A program made the position numbers and the translations under genes. DNA of 64,000 nt. Origin: Bacillota bacterium (GTDB lineage Bacteria > Bacillota_I > Bacilli_A > RF39 > UBA660). Under the pieces are notes generated by a model. It had not been told where the DNA came from. It did not search any database and saw only the letters and a program-made list of their open reading frames with translations. The stretch spans positions 3,543 through 67,542 of the forward strand of contig SVAM01000009.1 in NCBI GenBank assembly GCA_015059425.1, given 5' to 3'. Positions 30,203-38,572 of the stretch are shown piece after piece (positions within the stretch are counted from its first letter, which is position 1; every line of letters begins with the position of its first letter).

Positions 30203-30381
30203 AAGAGGTGCCAGTACAGGCTTATTAATTTAATAAGTTTTTGTATTGGTGTTTTTATTAAAAATAACTAATTTAAAGGTAAAAAAAAGGATCAAGAAAA
30301 ATTAATTGTTTTATTAGAATTGTAAATGAATAATAAAAACATAAAACACTCTATCAAACAACAAAAAGAAAGGAAATTACT

Positions 30382-30900
30382 ATGGATAAAGATATTAAAC
30401 CATATAAACAAAGAGGCGAGACTTGTGCCATAGCGTGTTTAATGATGGCTTTAGAATATTATAAAAAGATTGAAAAAGCTAATTGGTATGTAAATTTATC
30501 TAAAAAAGGTTTAAATACAACAATATATCATTCAGAAAAAGATTGTTTTACAAACAAAAATAAAGCATTATCTGATTTAGATTTTGAGTATGCGATGAAA
30601 GAATATAAAGAATATTTGAATATTGCTAAATCATTAGGTACAGAAATAAAAAATGGCATAATTATAAACACAGAGTTAATAAAAGAAGAATTGAAAAAAG
30701 ATAATTTAGTTATTTTAGCAGGAAAATTGTCAGGTGGATATCACGCAATTCTAATTTCAGGATATGATAATAATAAATTCATAGTTTGTGACCCTCTTTA
30801 CAAAAATAAACAAGAAAAAACAGAAACAGAATTAGAAAAATTTATGAATACAGGAATTGGTAAATGGTTTATTAGTGTAAACAATAAAAAAGTATATTAG
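30382..30900 (+). CDS. papain-like Cys peptidase (C39-like / BtrH-like)
   Basis: Catalytic Cys in QRGETCAIACLMMALEYY; His in GGYHAILISGYD. Confidence 0.55.
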   Translation: MDKDIKPYKQRGETCAIACLMMALEYYKKIEKANWYVNLSKKGLNTTIYHSEKDCFTNKNKALSDLDFEYAMKEYKEYLNIAKSLGTEIKNGIIINTELIKEELKKDNLVILAGKLSGGYHAILISGYDNNKFIVCDPLYKNKQEKTETELEKFMNTGIGKWFISVNNKKVY

Positions 30901-30920
30901 AAATAAAAAATAGGTGAATT

Positions 30921-31460
30921 ATGAAAAAATTATATATTGTCCGTCATGGTCAAACTGATTGGAATGTACAAAAATTATTACAAGGTAAAACAGACATAGA
31001 ATTAAATGAAGAAGGAATTAAACAAGCTAAAGAATTAGCTAAAGTAATAGACTTAGATAAAATAGATATTTGTATTTGCTCCCCTTTAAAAAGAACTAGA
31101 AAAACAGCTGAACTAATTGTAGGTGATAAAGTACCTATTGTTTATGATGAATTAGTTCTTGAAAGAGATTTTGGCAATTATGAAGGGAACCCTATTATAT
31201 TTGATTTAATTGCTAAACAATGGGACTACAAAATAAATGATAGAGAAGAAGGCATAGAACCAGTACAAGATTGTTTAAAAAGAGCAAAGAAATTTTTAAA
31301 TAAAATTAATAATGAATATAAAAATAAAAATATATTAATAGTCTCACATGGAAGCTTTATTAAAGCATTACACTTTAATTTAATAGGATACAATGAGAAT
31401 ACTGATTTATTATCATTTAATCCTAAAAATGCATTGATTTATGAATACGAAATAGAATAA
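30921..31460 (+). CDS. histidine phosphatase (phosphoglycerate mutase-like) family protein
   Basis: RHG motif in LYIVRHGQTDWN; C-terminal catalytic His in VSHGSFIKAL. Confidence 0.8.
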   Translation: MKKLYIVRHGQTDWNVQKLLQGKTDIELNEEGIKQAKELAKVIDLDKIDICICSPLKRTRKTAELIVGDKVPIVYDELVLERDFGNYEGNPIIFDLIAKQWDYKINDREEGIEPVQDCLKRAKKFLNKINNEYKNKNILIVSHGSFIKALHFNLIGYNENTDLLSFNPKNALIYEYEIE

Positions 31461-31554
31461 TTATGGGCCTGTAACATTATCGCATTAATTAAAAGATTTT
31501 AATATAATTTAAATTTAACTTTAAAATCTGTTATAATTAACTTAGGTGATAAAA

Positions 31555-31944
31555 ATGATAAAAGTAGTCGCAGCATTAATAGAAAAAGATGATAAAATTC
31601 TTATTGCCAAACGTTCTACTGGAGATGAATATGTATTTGGTAAATGGGAATTTCCTGGCGGCAAAGTAGAACCCAATGAAAGTGAATTAACTGCTATAGA
31701 AAGAGAAATATTAGAAGAGTTTGAACTAAAAGTTAAAGCTAAAGAATTTATAACAAATAATGTTTGTATTTATCCTACAAAAACAGTTGATTTAAGATTA
31801 TATAGATGTGATTATATAAATGGAGAATTTAAGTTACATGATCATTCAGAATATAAATGGGTTAAGAAAGAAGAAATAATGAATTATGATTTAGCACCTG
31901 CTGATATACCACTTGCAAATTATATTAGAACACAAAACAATTAA
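31555..31944 (+). CDS. NUDIX hydrolase (MutT-like)
   Basis: Nudix box GKWEFPGGKVEPNESELTAIEREILEEFEL. Confidence 0.8.
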   Translation: MIKVVAALIEKDDKILIAKRSTGDEYVFGKWEFPGGKVEPNESELTAIEREILEEFELKVKAKEFITNNVCIYPTKTVDLRLYRCDYINGEFKLHDHSEYKWVKKEEIMNYDLAPADIPLANYIRTQNN

Positions 31945-32008
31945 CTACCAAATGGTAGTTTTTTTTACAAAATAAAATTTTGTGTTATAATATATCGCAG
32001 GTGGTTTT

Positions 32009-33844
32009 ATGTCTAAGGAGACATTTAGTGAAAAAATAAGTGAATCAATGTATAGAAAAACAAAAGCTATTGAGTATATTTACCCTAATATATTTTTAGA
32101 ACATGACGATAATTTTGAAATAGCATTATGTTTAGCATACATGACGCTATCAAAAGAAAAGATAATAGATAAAGATATAAAGAGTAAAGATAGATTAGCA
32201 AGATTAACCGAGCATGTAGATATGTCGGAAATTAATAAACTATTTACTCCAGGCTTTGCCATTGAAATGCCAAATATAATATTTGCTAAAGAAAATAATT
32301 ATTTATGGATTTTAGATAATATTAGAGATTCTATAATGCATGGTGTATTTGATATAGATGAAGAAAGAAAATGTTTCATAATTAATAACACCCAATTTGA
32401 TAGAGAGCTAAGTGCTGAAATACCTTTTTCTTGGTTTATCGCATATGCAAAAAACGATATATTAAGTAAAAAAACTACAGATAAATATACAATAAAAGGT
32501 TTTTATTATAATAAAAATAAAAGTAATAAAAGAAATTTAGAAACGAAAAAAGAACTAGTATCTAACATTTTGTATAGAGTAAATATAACTGGTACATCAT
32601 TCAATAATAAAAAGATAAAAACTAGAATAATTGAACTATTTGAATTATATTCTAAGAGTGATATAAGTAATGAAGATGTTGAAAAGTATAGAAGCAATAT
32701 AGAAAAAGAAATAATTAAATATAATGAGAAATATTTAGTATCATTTTATATAGCACGAGAAGAAATAAAAAAAGTTGTTGAAAAAGAATTCCCTGGAGTA
32801 ACAATTGATATTATATTGGATAACAGGAAATATCGATTTATTAATAAAACTTTAAAAAGATTACCTAAAAACTATACAGATTATGATTTAATGTATAATT
32901 CATTTAACAAAGAAGCATCACCTAAAGGTATGATGCTACTAGAATATTTAACTAATATAATTGAGGCTTTAGATAATAAAGATATAAAAGAATTAAGTAT
33001 TAATGAAGGCTATAATGAAAGAATTAAATTATTTAATTTTATATTAAATGGAGATAACATAGACTACAATAATATTAAAAATAAAAATATGCTTTTAGAA
33101 CAAAATTTAAATATATTAAGATCAATATGTTTAAATGTATATGGTTTAGCAACTCTTGTTATCAATCATGAAACATTATATAACAATCATTTCTTAAATG
33201 AACATCCATCAAAATATAATATTAAAGCTTGTATAAAAAGACCTTTTATTGAATATGTAACAAAAAGAAAAAGTTTATTACTAAAAATACTAGAAATAGA
33301 TTTAAGACTTTTTGAAAAAAACGAACAATATAGTAAATGTCAAAATGAAACAGGTAAACAAAAGATACAATCAACTATTAATGCTTTAAATAATGTTAAA
33401 CTAACTTATCAAAATGAATTAGCTAATTTACAAACAATAACTGGCTATGAGCCAGTATTAGTAGGAGATGTAAATTACGAAAAAAAACAAGAATTAGAAA
33501 ATATAATAAGAGTTTATTTTAATCATTTTTATAATGCTCAAACTATAGAAGTAAAGAAAAAAATATATAAAATAATTAATAATCTATTAACAAAACAAAT
33601 AGAAGAAGAATCAAAATATACATTTAGTCAATGTAGTAATATGAAAGATGTTTTAGAAATAATTAGAAATAGTTTTTCACACATAGGAAGAATAAGAATG
33701 AAAAAAAATAGAGGAACTAATACTATTATTAAATTAAATGATTATGACAACAATAATGAAAAGAGTGGAGAAGTAAACTGTGAATATATGGATTTGATAC
33801 AAGTCTTAAATGCTCCTTATAATCAAGAAGAAATAAAAAGATGA
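32009..33844 (+). CDS. 611-aa hypothetical protein with two HEPN-like R(N/D)xxxH motifs
   Basis: NIRDSIMHG (near aa 103-111) and IRNSFSHIG (near aa 553-561). Extended -10 promoter ttgtgttataat upstream. Confidence 0.5.
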   Translation: MSKETFSEKISESMYRKTKAIEYIYPNIFLEHDDNFEIALCLAYMTLSKEKIIDKDIKSKDRLARLTEHVDMSEINKLFTPGFAIEMPNIIFAKENNYLWILDNIRDSIMHGVFDIDEERKCFIINNTQFDRELSAEIPFSWFIAYAKNDILSKKTTDKYTIKGFYYNKNKSNKRNLETKKELVSNILYRVNITGTSFNNKKIKTRIIELFELYSKSDISNEDVEKYRSNIEKEIIKYNEKYLVSFYIAREEIKKVVEKEFPGVTIDIILDNRKYRFINKTLKRLPKNYTDYDLMYNSFNKEASPKGMMLLEYLTNIIEALDNKDIKELSINEGYNERIKLFNFILNGDNIDYNNIKNKNMLLEQNLNILRSICLNVYGLATLVINHETLYNNHFLNEHPSKYNIKACIKRPFIEYVTKRKSLLLKILEIDLRLFEKNEQYSKCQNETGKQKIQSTINALNNVKLTYQNELANLQTITGYEPVLVGDVNYEKKQELENIIRVYFNHFYNAQTIEVKKKIYKIINNLLTKQIEEESKYTFSQCSNMKDVLEIIRNSFSHIGRIRMKKNRGTNTIIKLNDYDNNNEKSGEVNCEYMDLIQVLNAPYNQEEIKR

Positions 33845-33870
33845 ACATAATAATCGTTCATCTATTTTTG
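33842..33870. terminator. bidirectional terminator
   Basis: gatgaac-ataataatc-gttcatc followed by a T-tract. Confidence 0.55.
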
Positions 33871-34611
33871 TTCATAAAAGTTTTCAATCGAAATTAAAGC
33901 TCTTTTAATTCTATCTGTAGTAAAAGGTTTATTTAAAACATCTAGTATTGGATAAGTAAAAGCTTTTTTTATAGTTTCTTCTGAATCATCACCAGTGATA
34001 ATAATTACTGGTATTTTTTCTATTAATTCATTTTCTTTTAAATAAGATAATACTTCAAAACCATTTTTAGTAGGCATATTAATATCTAAAAATAATGCAT
34101 ATATATCATTTAATTTAATATGTTTAATAGCGTCTCTACCATCATTGGCTCTAAGTATATTATAATCGTCATTTATATTATCTTGCATAAAGTTAATCAT
34201 AATATTTGAATCATCCGCAATAATTATATTTTTTTTAATAACATCTGTTTCTGTACTATTGAAATATTCATTTAAAAGCTTTTCTATTTTAGAAATAGTA
34301 TTTTTTAAATCATCAAAGTTATTATTTATAAAATCTATATCGTTTGCTTTTCCTTTTAATTCATGTTCATAAAATACTTCAGCATCTTTCATAAAACCTA
34401 AGTATTTAGCTTCACTTTTAATACTATGAGCAATAATAGCATAATTACTACAATCTTTATTATTTTTATAATATTCCAAGTTTTCAAGTTTTTCTTTAAA
34501 TGAATCTTTAAATTCTTTTAAACTTTCTTCATATGATTCCATATCTCCCCAAAACTCTAAACTCTCATTCACTAAAACATTATTTTTAATTAATAAATCT
34601 ACTTTTCCCAT
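33862..34611 (-). CDS. HPt plus receiver-domain phosphorelay protein
   Basis: HPt-like AHSIKSEAKYLGF. REC domain with DD pair and phospho-acceptor in FLDINMP. No output domain. Confidence 0.7.
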   Translation of the reverse strand: MGKVDLLIKNNVLVNESLEFWGDMESYEESLKEFKDSFKEKLENLEYYKNNKDCSNYAIIAHSIKSEAKYLGFMKDAEVFYEHELKGKANDIDFINNNFDDLKNTISKIEKLLNEYFNSTETDVIKKNIIIADDSNIMINFMQDNINDDYNILRANDGRDAIKHIKLNDIYALFLDINMPTKNGFEVLSYLKENELIEKIPVIIITGDDSEETIKKAFTYPILDVLNKPFTTDRIKRALISIENFYEQK

Positions 34612-34614
34612 TTT

Positions 34615-36441
34615 TTATTTTCCTCCTAAATGTTTATTTAGTACTTTATTTAATTGATATCTATCAATAGGTTTTGATAAATAATCATCAAATCCAGCAT
34701 TTAAATATTTTTCATCTTGACCTTCAATTGCATCGGCAGTTAAAGCAATAACCGGTATATCAAAACCTTCATGTTCTTTTAATCTTCTAAGTGTTTCGAT
34801 ACCATTCATCTTAGGCATCATAATATCCATAAAAATCAAATCAAAAGTACTAGTTTCACATTTTTCTAAAGCTTCATAACCACTTTCTGCTAAAACAATA
34901 TTAAAGTTGTAAGGTTTTAATATATTTTGAGCAACTTTAAGATTAATTTTAGAATCATCAACAATTAATATTTTCATACCTTTATGTAAAGAGTAATCAA
35001 TTTCTATTTCTTCAGTTTTACTTTCTGGGATTTCCATGCTTATAATATCTTGTTCTAAATATACTCTAAAAGTAGAACCTTCACCATAGTTACTAGCTAC
35101 ATTAATTCTACCACCCATCATTTCGGTTAAACTTTTTGTTATTGCAAGACCTAAACCAGTACCTTCTGAAGTAGTGTTTTTATCTTCATCAAATCTTTGG
35201 AATTTATTAAACAGTTTATCCATATCTTCTTTTTTAATACCACGTCCAGTATCTTTAACTGAAATATTTAGTAAGCATTTATTAGATTCAATTCTATTTA
35301 TACAAGATATGTTAAATACTATTTCACCTTTTTCCGTATATTTAACAGCATTAGTTAAAATATTTAAAATAATTTGTTTTAATTTACCAACATCACCTTT
35401 TAACACTCCAGGCAAATCTTTTGGAACATCCATTTTAAATTGAATATCTTTTGTACCAATTCTAGGTACTACAAGTTTTTGTAGTGAATTAAATACTTCT
35501 CTAGGATTATATTCTACAGAAACTATATCCATTCTATTAGCTTCTATTTTTGAAATGTCTAAAATACCATTAACTATATCTAATAAGTTATGTGAAGCAT
35601 CAACTATATCTTTAGCAAATCCTTTAGAATCATCATCTAACTTAGGAGCTTCAAGTAGACATTCACTAAAACCTACAATCGCATTTAATGGAGTTCTAAT
35701 TTCATGAGACATATTAGATAAGAATTCTGATTTGGCTTGATTAGCTTTTTCAGCTTGATCTTTAGCTAGATTAAGCTCTTTAATAATTTTTAAATCTGGA
35801 TTTTCAATAGTAAAATACATTATAATAACTACTAAACATAATAGAAAATTTATTAAAAATAAATCAGGAAAAAAGTTTTGAACAAAGAAGTTTACAATCA
35901 TTAAACCAACAAAAGCATATAATGGTTTAGTTTTATTTTTAGCAATATTTTTTCTATATCTAATCGCAACATATAATGAATAACCTATTAATAAGAATGT
36001 TAAAAGATAAGTTAAATTAACAGATAATCCTTGAGGAACAATTACTCCATCCATTTCTAAAAAGTTAACTGGAAGTATTAATATAAAGGGAACAAATATA
36101 ACAAAAAGAAATAAAAACACATAAAAAGTATTAGTTAACATTTTAGTTTTATTCTTTTTAGATACACTAATAGATTTTATATAGAAGGAAAATAATAAAA
36201 CCCATGATACAAAATAAACAAATACTAGTTTTGAAGTAATCATATAAATAAAATCTTTATAATCAAATCCACAATTATATAAGACAGATGTTAATATATC
36301 TAAAGATAAACCTACAGTAGTTAAAATAAGTAAAAGCTTATATATGGAAGTTTCAATATTTTTAACTCTTTCTTTAGAAAAAAATACAATCATCAAAATA
36401 ATAATAAAACAAAGCCCACTAATTGAAAAATATAACCCCAT
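34615..36441 (-). CDS. hybrid sensor histidine kinase (TM sensor, HisKA, HATPase, C-terminal REC)
   Basis: H-box [14 protein letters not shown]; N/G boxes; C-terminal receiver [14 protein letters not shown]...[11 protein letters not shown]. Confidence 0.85.
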   Translation of the reverse strand: MGLYFSISGLCFIIILMIVFFSKERVKNIETSIYKLLLILTTVGLSLDILTSVLYNCGFDYKDFIYMITSKLVFVYFVSWVLLFSFYIKSISVSKKNKTKMLTNTFYVFLFLFVIFVPFILILPVNFLEMDGVIVPQGLSVNLTYLLTFLLIGYSLYVAIRYRKNIAKNKTKPLYAFVGLMIVNFFVQNFFPDLFLINFLLCLVVIIMYFTIENPDLKIIKELNLAKDQAEKANQAKSEFLSNMSHEIRTPLNAIVGFSECLLEAPKLDDDSKGFAKDIVDASHNLLDIVNGILDISKIEANRMDIVSVEYNPREVFNSLQKLVVPRIGTKDIQFKMDVPKDLPGVLKGDVGKLKQIILNILTNAVKYTEKGEIVFNISCINRIESNKCLLNISVKDTGRGIKKEDMDKLFNKFQRFDEDKNTTSEGTGLGLAITKSLTEMMGGRINVASNYGEGSTFRVYLEQDIISMEIPESKTEEIEIDYSLHKGMKILIVDDSKINLKVAQNILKPYNFNIVLAESGYEALEKCETSTFDLIFMDIMMPKMNGIETLRRLKEHEGFDIPVIALTADAIEGQDEKYLNAGFDDYLSKPIDRYQLNKVLNKHLGGK

Positions 36442-36510
36442 ATTTACACATCCTTACTATTATCTAAATTTTAACACATATAACAATCATTTTCAATTAA
36501 AAAAGAGACA

Positions 36511-38283
36511 TTAATATCCCTTTCTAACTAAAGTTAAACCTTCGTTTTTCTTATATAATTCTAAATCTTGTTGTTCCAAAATAGTTGCATTAATTTTTCC
36601 GTTATCAGTTCTAGGTAGTGGAGTATAAGTATATTCAATATATCCAGCTAGTGCGCTAGAACCTAAAGTACCTTCAATTAAAACATCTATTTTATTTTTT
36701 AATATTTCAACATTACAATTTTCATCTATTAAACTAATATGATATTTTGGTAGATATTGATATTTATCATCAGGTATTTTAGTTACAGCAACTTCTCTAA
36801 TTTCTGGAAACCGTAATAATAATGCTTCAATTTGTTCCGGATAAATATTATCAACACCCGATACAAAGTTTCTCTTTTTTCTACCAGCAAATTTAAATTC
36901 ATTATTATTTATACCACAACGGATAACTAAATCTCCAGTAGAGTACCATCTTTTGCCGTTTTCATCATTAATAAATACTTTATTAGTTTCATTAATATTA
37001 TCATGATAACCAAGCATCATACCCGGCCCACTAACAATAAGCAAACCAACTTCACCAACAGGTAATTCTTCAAGGTTATATTTTGCATTTGGATTAAAGC
37101 TCTCAAATATTTTTGGATCAACAACTTTTGATTCAACAAATGGTATTGCAAATCCTACAGTACCTGGAGTATTTTTACCACCCATATTAACATGAGTTGG
37201 AGCCCACATTTCAGTTAAACCTAAACCATCCCCAATATAAGCACTTGAGCCGCCAATTCTTAATGCTTCCTCTGCTTGTTTTCTTTTTTCTGGTTTAAAC
37301 ATTTCGCCACCAGATAAAGGCTGGATTAATTCGCTTAAACTTCCTGGCTTAATATTAGGATTACCTATTAATGATTCCCAGTGAATAGGGCCACCCATTG
37401 CGCCATGCGCTTTTGTTCTAGCTAATTCATCATAAAATTTATTAGGTAAAGCATTTAGAGTTAAAGCAAATTGTAAATTTTTACATAAAGCATAGTGTAA
37501 AACTAATCTTCCAAAAACCATATGTCCAAAAGGGATATTACCTAAATGAGTCATACCCGGCTCTAATATTAAAACATTATCTAAAGCTTTAACTACAGAG
37601 TTTAAACCGTTTCCATTTAAGTCAACACCTTTATGAACACCACTGGAACCACCTGTAAACATAATATCAGTTACTTGAGTAGGATCAAATTCTCCTAATT
37701 TTGCATCAACATATTTTCCATTTTTAACAATACTTTTTAAATTATGATCTAAGCCAAAAAGTTTATTACCTTTTTTTAACTGCATAGCACTATAACCAAG
37801 CTTAACAATTGGATTACTAACTGACTCTAAAGGAGAATAAAGAATAGGTGTAATGTTTAATGCTTCACAACTATTTTTAAATTTATCATAAAACATATCA
37901 ACAGAAATAATTTTTTGTGGTCTAACCATTTCTATATCTCTTTGCATTTTATATTCGTTATTCAAAGGACTTAAACCAACTACAGTAGCCCCAATTCTAT
38001 CTAAAGCATAAAGAAGATAAACTGATTCTGGTGTATTAACTACACATACCCCAATAACGTCACCTTGTCTAATTCCGTTGCTATATAAAGCTCTAGTATA
38101 TTCATCTATTCTTTGATGCAATTCTTCATAAGTTATTCTTCTTTTATCAAAAGTAAGCGCAATTTCATTCATATAATCTTTATTTCTTTCATATAAAAAA
38201 TCATATTTAGAAGAGTTAGGTAATTCAGTTTCAACTTCTTTACCAGTATAATTATCAACAAATTTTATTTTTTTATTTTCCAT
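36511..38283 (-). CDS. AMP-dependent synthetase/ligase (acyl-CoA synthetase-like)
   Basis: AMP-binding motif TGGSSGVHKGV and adenylation-domain architecture. Confidence 0.75.
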   Translation of the reverse strand: MENKKIKFVDNYTGKEVETELPNSSKYDFLYERNKDYMNEIALTFDKRRITYEELHQRIDEYTRALYSNGIRQGDVIGVCVVNTPESVYLLYALDRIGATVVGLSPLNNEYKMQRDIEMVRPQKIISVDMFYDKFKNSCEALNITPILYSPLESVSNPIVKLGYSAMQLKKGNKLFGLDHNLKSIVKNGKYVDAKLGEFDPTQVTDIMFTGGSSGVHKGVDLNGNGLNSVVKALDNVLILEPGMTHLGNIPFGHMVFGRLVLHYALCKNLQFALTLNALPNKFYDELARTKAHGAMGGPIHWESLIGNPNIKPGSLSELIQPLSGGEMFKPEKRKQAEEALRIGGSSAYIGDGLGLTEMWAPTHVNMGGKNTPGTVGFAIPFVESKVVDPKIFESFNPNAKYNLEELPVGEVGLLIVSGPGMMLGYHDNINETNKVFINDENGKRWYSTGDLVIRCGINNNEFKFAGRKKRNFVSGVDNIYPEQIEALLLRFPEIREVAVTKIPDDKYQYLPKYHISLIDENCNVEILKNKIDVLIEGTLGSSALAGYIEYTYTPLPRTDNGKINATILEQQDLELYKKNEGLTLVRKGY

Positions 38284-38365
38284 AAATACCTCCCTGTATA
38301 TAAATATTATAAATTAATGAATATTTTAAAGTCAAACAAAATAACAAACTTTTATTAAAAAGTAC

Positions 38366-38393
38366 TTGCATTTATAATATAAAGTGTTATAAT
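38366..38393 (+). promoter_or_regulatory. strong sigma-A promoter upstream of the leader ORF / rel-like gene
   Basis: TTGCAT - 16 nt - extended -10 TGtTATAAT. Confidence 0.55.
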
Positions 38394-38426
38394 GAATAGC
38401 AATATAAGTTTGAAAGGGCGATGTTT

Positions 38427-38531
38427 ATGAAACATTTAAAAACTATTCATTCTATATATGATACAAAAAAAGTTTTAACATGCTTCTGCTGCTGTGTTCT
38501 TTCAACTGTAAAAATAACTGCGACTAAATAG
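38427..38531 (+). CDS. putative Cys-cluster leader peptide (34 aa)
   Basis: MKHLKTIHSIYDTKKVLTCFCCCVLSTVKITATK. RBS aaggg. Stop codon lies inside the terminator hairpin. Confidence 0.3.
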   Translation: MKHLKTIHSIYDTKKVLTCFCCCVLSTVKITATK

Positions 38532-38556
38532 ATTGATTCTGTTTGGTCGCTTTTTT
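38520..38556 (+). terminator. intrinsic terminator/attenuator hairpin 17 nt upstream of the rel-like start
   Basis: gcgac...gtcgc stem followed by ttttttg. Too close to the rel start to leave room for a separate promoter. Confidence 0.5.
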
Positions 38557-38572
38557 GTTAGGAGTGAGGAAT

